DNA of 64,000 nucleotides, taken from positions 186,001 to 250,000 of the forward strand of contig CM082587.2 of the NCBI GenBank assembly GCA_040954595.2. The letters run 5' to 3'. Source of the stretch: Balanoglossus misakiensis (taxonomy: Eukaryota; Animalia; Hemichordata). The notes below the pieces were generated by a model that saw only the letters and a program-made list of their open reading frames with translations, was not told the DNA's origin and did no database searches. Of this stretch, positions 49,600 through 64,000 are shown piece by piece; position 1 is the first letter of the stretch; every line of letters starts with the position of its first letter. Made by a program: the position numbers and the translations under genes.

Positions 49600-50374
49600 T
49601 TGGTGGAGATGTGCCCCCATCTGCAGCAAAGGAATTTTGTTTGTGCAGTAATGGATTGCAATTGTATTCTTTGTGATTGAAATGTACTTGATAATAAATT
49701 TTAAATAATTCTATATTGACTGTTGTGCAGTTATGATGTTATCAAACAGGTGAGAAACTGAAATATGCTGTCAGACAGATGTGTACAAAAAGTGTAATTC
49801 ATGTGAAACAAACCAAATTATTAGTCAATCAGACAAGAGCAAATGCAAAGCTCTATCTGTCTTTAAAATTGCTCTAAAAGATTGATAATTTTACCACGAA
49901 AATTACGATACCAGCCTTGATTCTTTATCTTCCTTCACTTTTGTGGTCAAAGAACTCTTTCAGGTGCATTTAAAAATAATCCAGAACACTAGGTGTCAGA
50001 TATAGCAAAGTAATGCGTAGTTAACAATTTCATGTCTCCTACAGCGAGTTCTATATAACAAAGGTACAGACAAATGAAAACTTTGGGAGGAAAATGACCC
50101 ATAAAAAGGACTGAGAACCTCAAATAAAGTGAATAGGGGACCACTCAGTCATTTCAGCACACCACAGACAAAATTCACCACCATAATTTGTTAAATTTGA
50201 TGCCTTTCCCAAATTATATTTGTTCTGTGGCCCTTGTACTTAAAGTAGTGTAAAATATGGTTTCATGATGATTTTTGGTCGGGGGATGGCGCTGTTTACT
50301 TTGACCCAAGTACGACCTGGTATGACCCCCAATGACCTTCTGTATCGAGCGATAGCAATTGTGAAATCACATAC

Positions 50375-52276
<1,902 letters not shown>

Positions 52277-55200
52277 AATTGCTGGATGCAAACATTCCAG
52301 AATTATAATACTTTGTGATCCGTACTATGTAACTTATGTACACCGAATTGAACTTGCCTGCACTGCAGGATTAAGGGTAAAAGAAAATTGAATATTTATG
52401 TACGTTATACCAGACTGATACATATGAGAAAATAAAATGTAACACAAGGATCTTGTATTGGCTTTGCAATTATTGATACGTGAAATGGACTTTACCTTTG
52501 AATCTCCTCATCACTACATTCCTTGCCTTCTGGGTGAAGATTCCTACATTCATAAAAGTTGCCATCCTTTGCTGCGTCAGCATCAATGTTTGAATAATCT
52601 GACATGTCCATGATATCATTGTTTGGTTGTCTGAGATGAAAGTCTTACGTGCCTTGTCTTCCACTAACACACCCGCTTGACCGGTCACCACTTCGTAGAG
52701 AATGACACCTCACCAGATGAAGTCAAAGGACTTGCCAGACACAGATGTCTTGTCTGCTTTCTTGGCCTTAGCAAAGTTGACCGTTCGGCTGTCTTCCTTG
52801 TAACCCTTTTCTGCACCTTTTCCCCTTCAGTGTGGGTCTTAGTAGTGTCTCTACATCGTAAAAGTTGCTGCCAGTATAGGTTGTAAACTGTCCATGGTTA
52901 TTGAGCTTTCCAGTCGCCTTCAGAAAACTCTCTCAAGCCCTCAGACTCATGTCGATAGGAGTCTGCAGTTGAACTGTGAGAATGACCTCTGGTTGATCAT
53001 ATTTATTCATACGTGGGGTTACAAAACACCTGTGATACTCCATGCATTGATTGGATGCCTATGTACAGAAATGTCCAATCAACTGATGAGAAAGCAGTTC
53101 GACCAATCATTTGTGCCCATCTTGCCGCCGAAATGTTCAACAACAAGCACCTGGTAATATGACTTGCAAATTCATCATGGTCATAAGCATTACAAAGACA
53201 ACTTGCTTGTCATCCCAGTTGATGAATTTTAGTGTGCACTTGTGCAGCAATTAATAGCTTTACAATGCACATCTCGTAACCACTAGCAAATATACCATGC
53301 AAATTTGTGCATTCTATCCGATCTTAGTCAACTTTCCTGATGACCAGGTAATTGCAAATCACTGTAAGGGTAATGACAACTCCATGTAGTATAAGTGACT
53401 ACGGTTGATATTGGTTTCTTCTTCATTCTCAATACTATTTCAGAGAGCCACTTTTCCTTCAAAATCTGACGGGAATTCAATCACACAAGAAGGAAAGCTT
53501 GATTAGAATAATCACCTTTAATAAGCTTAGGATAAAAATGCAGTCATACGACAAAAATATTTCACAGTGCCATTTCTGGTATATCTTACATGCTTCACTT
53601 CAAATGGGAATTTCTATAAAAAATAGGTGAATTCAGAAATTACGCTTCTATTCCCAAGTTTTTTTTTACCATGATTATATACATCTGAAAACTGAGCAGA
53701 CTATATAATATATCCTTCAGCACACTGTACTGCAAATTGTTTAAAAGACGAGAATAAAATGTACTTTATCATCACTTGCCAGACTTGAAAGAAATTGTGG
53801 ATTTGTAGTTTGACATAGTATTGGAACATGTGACTGGGTCGTGTGACTCATTACAAAGAGAATATTGAAAAGCCTGAGAAATATCTCACTGTGACCAAAA
53901 TGTCTTGTGAGAAGTCGTCTGTGAAAATAGGAAACGTCTGCACTAGTATTTGACCTGATTTTAAATCACATGTAAATGTATTCAATATTTATTTGTATAT
54001 CACTGAATTTTACTTCTGATTTCTTCACGATTTTCATTCCATTTCAGCCAATCTTTTAAATGATGCCTCTACAAGTACTGCTACAGAAACAAGAGGTTTC
54101 TCTGAATAAAACGTGTCCCACCTCCTTACAACTATTGAAAATTAATACAGATAGTGATGTTTGTACTTTTATACTGGTAAATGAAATGAAATGATCATGA
54201 AAAAGTCAGCAGTTCAATGTGACACAATAACTTTGGCTACCTTGTTTGCTCAGACAATTTTAAAATGCACATCAAGTAAAAAAACTGGTAGTCAATGTAA
54301 TTGTTGTCAGGAATCTTCTTCACAAGCGCATCATCTTTCATTATTTGATTGGTTTCATTGTGAAATGACTGTTAAAAGTAGTTGTGTTCTCTTTTTAAGA
54401 ATATATACAGCTCGCTGTTGCCAAAGCAATCCCCATTGATAAAGTAGACAAATTAACTCGCATGAAACATGAACACAAATCTTGAGGGGATAAGATATGT
54501 TTTATCAAAGACCGACAGAAATGTCTTAATTTGCATTTTTTTTGTCAGACTGCAAATTTACAGAATCCATTGATATTCATGTAGACAACAGAAAAGGCAT
54601 CCCAAATTAGGGTTTTAATATGTGTATACTTTTGTATCAAAACATGCTTTTGGTTATTTGACTATTTGGGTAAATAATGGAAGACACATTTGTTAGAAAA
54701 CACACTAGCTAGATGAGTTGTAGTCAAATATGAGAGACCTACAACTATGACTAGCATAGATTAGTTAACAAATACATATATAAAGTAAAAAAAAATATAT
54801 TCAAAAATAATAGTATCCTTCAGAAATTATATAGTCCAAAATATTATGTAACGCAGTGTTCTACATGTACATCAGTGACTGAAGTGAAGCCATTTCTAGT
54901 TGATTCAAGACAAACTAGGTGGCCCTGGGATCAATATTATATCACAGATCAGAATTTTCAGTACAAGTCGACCCCCTCCCCCATCCAATATCCAGTGACC
55001 TAAACTTTCCAGAAAAACTATTCACCACATGAACTAAAGGTGTAATTATAACAGGATTGCTTCAAATCTTTCACATCTGTAGTTGTATTCTTCCTCTGGT
55101 TGACAATTTCACACTATAATCTTACCTTGCGCTCCTGGATTTTGATTAAAAGCCTGCATAGATCCGATTCCAGGACAATAAAAGACTTGTTTTGACACCT

Positions 55201-55438
55201 ACATTAAAAGCTCCTCTGGTTTGATTCAACTTAAAAAATCTTCCTGAAGTTTCATTCAGCTGCTTAATTGGTCAAATTCTTAATTGTCCCTGTCAACACC
55301 ATGTTGTTTGCCAATGGATGGAATGTGGAAGCATCTCTATCTTGACACTAAATAACAAAGGTTGGGTATCTATGGATCTTGAGTTTGAACACTGCATTTT
55401 AAAAAAAATGGAAGCCTCTTGAGACACTTTAATTATAT

Positions 55439-58400
55439 CTATACTTTTTCATTGGCTTCAAATGCTGGATTCTGACCCCCTTCTTCTGGGATATACTTGA
55501 CAGCCATCTCTTTGCCTTTGGGAGGCAGTTGTAACTTGCCACCCATGGTTGTTCCTTTTTTGTTGTGCATTTCCCAGGCTTCCTGACGATGATGTTGAAG
55601 TGCAGGTCCCCAGGATGAGGATGGAGAGCTCATTTGAATCCAGCGCTGATAAAAATCAAATAAAGGTCAATAAGGTTAATTTAGCCTCAATTGTCCTTCA
55701 CCTGGAGTTCCGGTTTGGTAACAGATGCACAAACAACAATCAAATATTGCCTAGATGCTTTTGGGTGTACAATAGTGCCTCTCTTTGTTGCTAAGATACC
55801 CTTTTTCTAATTCTGTTTTGCAAGTTATCAAGCCTGATTGCAGAGAGGCTTAACTGTCATATACAAATCGATTGAACCCACATTGCATCCATTAATGTTG
55901 AAATCATTTATTACAGAGAACACATGCATGCATGTAATCATGTATATGAGAATATAGTGCATGATCCTGAAAGGCCAGCTAGCCTATACCGGTACATACC
56001 ATCTATCGGTATAGGAATAATTTAAGGAACTAAAAGGTATCTTATTTGGTAATTTCTAATTAACTTACGTCATGAAGACTGCCCTCTGCTTTGAAAAATT
56101 CAATGACCCATACGATAGGTATCCACATGATGGCAGTGATGATAATCAGCCAGCCAATAGCACTTGCCCATACTGCTTGCTCTCCCACTTCAGGCTCACT
56201 CCAGTTGATGAAGTTGAACATAAGAATAAACTGTAGAGAAAAGAAACTTTAGCTGGGATCATTTGAGCTACTGATGCTTGAGGTTGAGATCAAACAATCA
56301 CTATTTTGACCTGTTTCATTTACTGATACTCACAATGTTGAAATCAAAGTGATATAGCATAATATCTTTCTGAAATGCCAGGTATGTGTTGCCATGCAGT
56401 TATTGTATATAATAAAAAGTGTAACTGCTCTGGCAATATACATTAGTAGATTATGTGAGGGCCTTGTCTTGTTTTTGGTTTATTTCATACATTGTGGATT
56501 AAAACCAAACATTAGAAATTCCTAAAGAAATGGAACATTGATAACTTACTGTAAGGATACCAGGAGTAATGCAACACCAATTGAGTGGCCACCACAAGAA
56601 CAAGAAGAAATCCACGTATCCTGTGCCAATCATGGTACGGATGTCATTCAAGAATCGTTTGACACCATAGATCCATCCAATACTAATGCATTCACATAAA
56701 CCATATACCAAGAGTGCAAAGCTGGCTGCGTAGGAGTCAATCAATTCAGCCCAATAGAAACCAGCCTGAAATTAGAAGACAATTCAAGTTTAAACAATTG
56801 ATTCAAGAAAAAACTTGAAAAGTTAACCAGAAAATCATTTAGGATTAGGTCGACTTAACTGTGACAGAGAACTTCTGACATCAAAATGCCTTGTGATAAA
56901 AATATGTGACAGCCATTTTTTGAAATCTTACCTGTGTAACACATGGCATGGCCATTATGTATCCAATTATGCACATTGCCAGCATAACAAATGTTTTGTA
57001 CTTCTTACGCCATTCAGCTGAGAACTGATCAACAATAGCTGTGCACACCGTCTCACAAATAGTAAACTGTAATCAAAGCAAAGTGTAGCAATTATGAAAA
57101 AAGTTCATTTCAAAATGCAGGATTCTTTTAAGTTTACTCTGAAACATGATTTCTTCAATCTATTTTGCTTGCGGTGAAAATTACATATATATTTTTTCTA
57201 TGTATATAAGTAAAATTGTCCAAAGTTTTTGTAAAACCATATGGTAAATGCAGCAAATCATTGTTGACCTTGATGTTTGACCTTGATCTATACTGACCTG
57301 ACTGTCCAGACCTAATGTTAGCAGCATGAAGAAGAACAGGAAAGACCACAAGGGGGAGATCGGAAGACGAGCAACAGCCTCTGGATAAGCAATGAAGGCA
57401 AGTCCAAAACCTAAAAAAAAAGCAAAGAAAACAAAATGTTTCTCCATATCAGGCCAAAGTCATGAAACTTCAACATCTTGCCCCATGCCCCTTACAGAAA
57501 GCTCTATGAAATTCAATTTAATAGATACTTCTACGGTTTATTCTAATACAATGATACAAGTTGGTTTCACATTTTAAATAAGTGAGGCATCAAACTTCAA
57601 TAAATCGAAATTCCGTTCTGAGCAAAGCTCTGAAGCATAAACTACACTCATACCTTGGTCAACAACCTCACCAACGGGACGTCCAAGTTCGTGAGCCATG
57701 AAACCAATGATAGAAAAGATGACAAATCCCGCAAAAACACTTGTCAGACAGTTCAGATTGGCCACAATGAGTGTATCCCTGGTCAAAAAATACAAAGTAC
57801 ATTTGATGACAAATTAATAATTTAAAATTTAACAAACAAATAGGCAGAATTAAGTCAGTCATTTGATATGTAAGATAGTTGCTCAGATGATGAAACTCTC
57901 ACCTGTAACAATTATTATGGAATCTGTTGTATGATGCCAATGTGATCAGGCCACCCCATGATGCGCTGAGAGAGTAAAAGATCTGAACGGCTGCGTCCAG
58001 CCAGACCTGAAAAGTTTTAGAAAAAGGAGTCACATATTAGAACTTACAACTGTCTTCCATAATTGTATTAAAACACAAATTCGTTGAACATATGCAAGAC
58101 TGAGACTTAAATTGAGTGTTTGCACAATATTTTATTGACGCCCAATTGTCAGCCCACTTCCCCCCCCCCCTCCATGTGCATGAATTGACCTGCAAATTCC
58201 ACCCTAGATGCTGACTGGCATTCTGACAAAAATCAGGTGACTGAAGGAGCCAATCAATCAATACTTGAAGTCTTTCAACATCATCCTGCATAGCAGCAAT
58301 TGACACAATTCACACACTTTGGGACAAAAGCTGCAATGCTTCATTGCATTTATTCATTTCAGTCATCATACTTTAACCCAGACTTTTTCTGTAGTTGTTG

Positions 58401-60867
58401 CATGCTCACATCATACTGGCAAAAAGGTGGGGGTGGACAAGATGAAATTAAATAAGACTGATGGTCATTTGTATATTAGCCATTGTATATGTTGAACCAA
58501 TTATCCAGTAAAGACACTAAAACATGTTCAACGTATGATTACAATCCATACAATTCCAAAATATATGTAGCTATAAATTTGAAGGGGATGGAAAACAGAT
58601 ATTTTTTTATCCTGGGTACTGGCCAATTGTGTCAATATCACTGTCCCCTCCCATTTCATTTTTATACCCAACGTTAACAATCATCACAACCTGAAGAAAT
58701 AAGTTCTGGTAATACCAGTCTATCAAGGTACGTTTATCCTTACCTGTGGCTCAGAGAGAGTTTCCCACTTTGGTGTGATGAAGAACATAATTCCATCCAG
58801 ATAACCGGGCAAAGTGACTCCACGGATCAGGAGGATAACCAAGACAACATACGGAAATGTTGCAGTGAAGTACACCACCTGGTGAAATGAAGACATAAAA
58901 ATATCTTAACCCAAGAGTGTTTCACTGTCTTATAAATTTCGATAGGCATAATGCACTTGCATTTCTCTGTCGTGAGCAAACCTTCATTTACAAAGCAATT
59001 ATGTGCATTTTAACAATTAACTGCCAAACATAACATATATGTACAATCTTTGATTTACAATTAAGATCAATGCATTAAATTGAACAAGTTTAATACTTAC
59101 TTTTCCTGAAGACTTGATACCCTTGAAGAGACAGCAGAATACAATAATCCAAGCCAACAATAAACATAACGCCAACTGCCACACAACATGTCCAGTCTCA
59201 GTAATGTTGTCCGATTTCTGTAGTACAGCATTGCTGTCAGAATGGAGAGTAAAATGCATTAAGTAAATGTATAATACATCATGCATAACATCAGTGTTCA
59301 ATTAAGGAACTTGACACTTGTAGCATATTGGCTAATTTGCATATTACAACCTGCATATAACATTCGAGTATAGACAGCTCAACTATTTAAGAGGCAAAAA
59401 GAAATTAAGCTCTCCGTAAGTACAAGCAGATTATAATTCTTCAATTGTAACAGCCAGACCATCTCAACCAACCAACAAACCCACACAAATTATTTGGCCA
59501 CCCCTTCCCTCCACAAAACCTGCCACTTCCAATTGCGAAATAATACTTACTTCCAATACTCTTCACTTGGTCGTGATCTCATATTTGCAAATGGATCTGT
59601 GTATCTACTGATGTCATCTGGGAGAGTAACGTTGTAGTAGTCTCGCTCAAATGAGGATAAATTGGCAATGGGCACGCAATGGTTGGTGTCGTTTATGATG
59701 CCAGATTTTTCAAAGCATTCTTCTGCGAGTCCACTGCACAGATCAGTGTTCCAGTCATGATCACAGCCAATCCATGGCAATGTCTTTGTGAAGGATGCAA
59801 ACATGTAGTAGATGGTATATGTGATGATGATGTTGTAGGAAATACCAACATATGCAGACACCAACATCATTCCAATGCCAACACCTGAGATGTGTACAAA
59901 AATATACTTATGTTATTGTCAAGTCAGTTCCATCTGGCTTATTCTATTTTCATAGTGAAAATAAGTCCCATTTATATGAAATTGATGGAATTTCTTACCT
60001 CGCATCATCGGGATTGCATTCCAGCACTGAATGGGTCCTCTGCTGGAATACTGGCCAAATGACAATTCAAGAAGGAAAATTGGCATACCGGCAAATGCCA
60101 ACATGATAGCATACGGAATGAGAAAGGCACCTGTAGGGGAAAATGGACATGGAATTTTAAAATGGATTAGAATGACACAAAATGAAGGCAAACTTAAACC
60201 ATGCTTCTGATCACATTCAATGGGTACAATATTTCAACTTCAAAGCAAAGTGCAGCTGCTGTAATTTGATATTCTTACTGGTTAGTCTAACTTTGATGTT
60301 GCAGAAATTTTTTAAAGTAAATTGTACAAAAATAATGGGCTGAACTTGAATAGCTACTAGGGCTATATCACTATCAGTTTGATGCTACTTACCACCTCCA
60401 TTTTTGTAACACAGGTACGGAAAACGCCAGACGTTACCAAGACCAACTGCATATCCAACACAAGAGAGGATAAAGTCCAACTGACTTCCCCAGTTTCCAC
60501 GTTCCTTGTTCTCATCTCCATCTTCCTCAACATCCACTAACTGAAGGTTGCTCTGTAAATATCAACAACAACAACAATGTCAATGTCAGAACTTGTAAAG
60601 GCGCCAAGAATTAGGGCAATGAATTAGCAAATACCCAGTCAGTACTTTACATGAGGCATTTGAATGCGTTGGACACATTTATGTCGCCACTCTTATCCGA
60701 TCATGGAAATTTTACATTTCCTGGTAATAAATTAACCCATTTCGCCTGTCAGGTATTACGTTAAACCCCATTTCCACAAAGACAAATTTTAAAAAGTCGC
60801 ATGTACGAAGGGTCCTTTGCTCAACCTGCACTTCATGATGTGGACAGTGCATCTGTGGTACTTCCAT
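55439..60867 (-). CDS. SLC6 Na+/Cl--dependent amino-acid transporter (glycine transporter/ATB0,+-like subfamily)
   Basis: About 13 exons. [102 protein letters not shown]. Putative first coding exon 60826-60867 ([23 protein letters not shown]); the start is uncertain. Confidence 0.9.
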
Positions 60868-63800
60868 GGTGGGACCCCATTTAACTCAGTCAGCGCTGGG
60901 CTGGGTTTGTTGTGGGGTGAATATAATTCTCTTGCTGTCACTATAGCTCTGATTAATCACAGTTCCTGATCGCCGTTGACATAAACTGGGAACCTGTACT
61001 TTGCAGACAAAGTGTACTTTCACTGATGCTGACAATCAGTTCCCTGCAACTATCCAGTTGTTTTTGAGCATGGATACATCTGACGCGTTCTACCATGGAA
61101 TGAATTCATTTGAAATCGGTGTGTTTCCTAACACAAGAGGCGAGAAAGTAATACTGTCAACTCACTCCCCAGCACGTACACGGTTACTATTGCCACCAAG
61201 AACTTTGATCAATCACAAGTATGCCAGGGATGAACATTCATTGGGCACAGAGTTTCCACTTGAAAGGAACCATTTTGCATACACCTCGCACGGACATGAA
61301 CAAGTAAAAATTGATTGATACACCAGCTTACACAAGTATTTACCTAACTGACATAGTCGAAGAAAACAGTTTATCAAATATGTTATTTTATAGGTCCTTT
61401 TATTGTTTTATTCACTGAATTTCACATGTAACCACCCCTACAAAGAATGTTCGCCACTTAAGTGAGTTTCTCAAGCATTTTTGCTGAGATATTCTGTGAC
61501 AAAATCCCTTGATCTTCTACGCAGTAATATAAATTTTTCCACAAAAAGGATCAGCTATTGTAACAGTCATCACATATATTCAGCCAGTTCACAGTGGTTT
61601 TTCTCAATAGATGCATGCATGCTCTCACTACATACTTTTAGATTCTTGGCGCCATTACAAATATGTCAACTGAATTGTTAAGTGCTACACAAATTTGAAT
61701 ACTACCATTCTTCTGAGGAATGAAAGCATTACAAAGGATGAAACAAAGCGAGCTGCATTATGCAAAAAGTACATGTATGCAGTGAGGTGATTGCACCCTG
61801 GGCTGTCACATATGAATAACAAAGAGTTGTCAGCTGTATACCATATGCATTTTATAGGGGCAAATTCCAATGCAAATGTAGCATATTCCACCCACAACTC
61901 ATTGTCTGCTCACATGGGTCGTTGGCACGACAGCAGTCTCCCTAACCAACGACACTGGCAGGCAAAGATGACCTACACCTGAGAAATAAGAGGCAGACAC
62001 TGATCTCAAACAAAATCACTAAACTGGCTGGGATGTTGTAGTGGCCAAAGCATTCTGCCAAAGGTAAAAGAAGATCTGTACCAGAATACAGATAAAACTT
62101 TCAAATCATTTCAGAATCAACAGGTGGTTAAATGAAGGTGATGTACAAGTGCCACAGTGTATACTGGATCAAAATTAAAGGGATGTAAAATGGATAGGAA
62201 ATACTTGGACGTTATAAAAGTGTACGGATATCTCAAACATTCTCTTTATTCACCTGTTGCTATGCTGATGCTGACAGTAAGCTAAACAGTGCCTGGTAAC
62301 GAAGATGTATTACATATTAATTCTAACTAAACACAATGTTGAGGTGTTTGAAAAATGAATTCAATACCGCACAGGGTCTCACAAATTAGATTAGGCAACA
62401 CAATACATGCACAGATTTGCATGGCTGATGAAACTGAAAAAGTAGTGATTGGGTTTCAGTCGCTCTACTGTTCAAAAAGAAAACCCCAAAAGACCAGGGG
62501 CAAGCTAATTTAGAAGAGAATTTCTGAGGGTAAAAATATTTCATGAATATAAATGGAGGGTGCAGGTTTTTAAACAATGAACCATGTCTTGCAAAAGCGT
62601 CTTTTTGTTCTTGCTCATGAAAAATAAGTGATCCCAATCTAATTCAATGTATGACCTTTGACCTAGTCATAAACTACACACCTCCACATTCTTTGCGTGC
62701 ACGTGAGAAAACCAATGCCTCACAACAAATTATCTGCAGAACTCTGTGGTGCGATCTACAGAGATGCATCAAATATCTGTCTCTTGACATGCTGAGTGAG
62801 TGATGCCTGTACAAATATGAATGTCTTGGCCATTTATAGCTGGGAAAATCTTCCTATAAATTTACACATTTCTTTTTCTCCCACGCTGCATGACATAAAT
62901 GTTCCCACCACAACGACTACATTTAGGATTCTCCTTGCCCCATTTCTGTTCACAGCTTAAATTATTACCCAGTGATGACCATAAGCACTTAGGAGTAACT
63001 TGTCTTGTCCATTAGGGTGTGGACATACACATGGCTGAGTCATCTGTTCTGTTGTACTACCGCCATTAACACCAACCATGGCCCAGTGCTCAGTAACAAT
63101 ACAAACTATAATTTATAATCCTTTCATTAAACTCTACCACCCCTGCAGAATGATTGGCAAAATTCTCCCATGAACGTGGACCAGCAGCCACAAGTAGCTG
63201 CTAAACACCTGTGGAAAGATAGCTATTTATGGGAAAGTAAAAAAGGGAGGTCTAGAAACTGTTTCAACCATTGATCTGGCCATGTACCATCTTATTTGCA
63301 TATCATACGATCACACTGGAAAAACAACTGGAGTTTTTATTTTCCATATCTCTACACTGTCTCTTGATGTCATTATTTGGATCATTAACCTACTTGGCAA
63401 GAAGTAATGAACTGTGATTTTTGCATGAAAAGTATGTAAGATCAAAAAGATAAAAGAAGACTAGAACTCTTTATGTAATAATTCTCCAGCTGGTTGATTC
63501 AATTTCTTTCAATTTCCTCACGGTCACTTGAAGCATAACGAAACAGCTGAGAACAGCATGTGTGTTCTGAGCACAATTGGCACTTAATTAATATGCGTGT
63601 GTATCTATCTGCTTAATTGGTGACCTGAGAGATTAGACATATTGCTACTGCCACCATATTTAAACAGGGATATTTATATACACAGTTATGTTTTTTATCC
63701 AAACAACCATCCATATATACATACATACACAAACACATAACAACCCATCCACCGATGTAATCCAGTTTCCATTTCCAGGTCATGACGGCACTCGCAACAA

Positions 63801-64000
63801 AAATCAATAAAGTCAATACTTTGAACTGGAAGGCCGACTTCAGTGTGTGATAAACAAACTAAGACCACATCATATTTAATCACTATGTATCATAATGATT
63901 TCATGAAAAAGTACAAGTCTAGACTTGCTATTCAATAGTCTGATGTCAAAGCCATCTATTATGACATCACACCTCTAGTTAAGTACAAATATACTCATTC

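Noticed and set aside
60900-64000. Short ORFs upstream of the SLC6 gene
   Set aside because: No recognisable domains; probably 5' intron, UTR or regulatory DNA.

Overview
AT-rich, intron-rich animal genomic DNA. Gene content and exon style fit an invertebrate deuterostome, but the species cannot be fixed from sequence alone. Left to right: the 3' part of a clade-B (type V/XI-like) fibrillar collagen gene (+), NmrA-like/NMRAL1 (+), CFAP157 (-), PIGC (+), PTRH1 (-), HSD17B8 (+), NFKBIL1 (+), SURF2 (+) and an SLC6 glycine/amino-acid transporter (-). One collagen intron is inflated to about 7.8 kb by a degenerate antisense Ty3/Gypsy element whose LTR+PBS+gag-5' block was tandemly amplified about 6 times. 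Most notable observations: (1) an intact bacterial-type PI-specific phospholipase C with an intron-free CDS and an N-myristoylation motif, nested antisense in an intron of PIGC, so a PI/GPI-cleaving enzyme lies inside a GPI-building gene; (2) the gene set maps to the human MHC and its 9q34/1q paralogons, suggesting a proto-MHC microsynteny block; (3) four miR-29 seed sites in the collagen 3' UTR; (4) the LTR-promoter tandem array antisense to the collagen; (5) three DR1 nuclear-receptor elements in the PTRH1/HSD17B8 bidirectional promoter. Exon boundaries were read by eye and no database searches were run.
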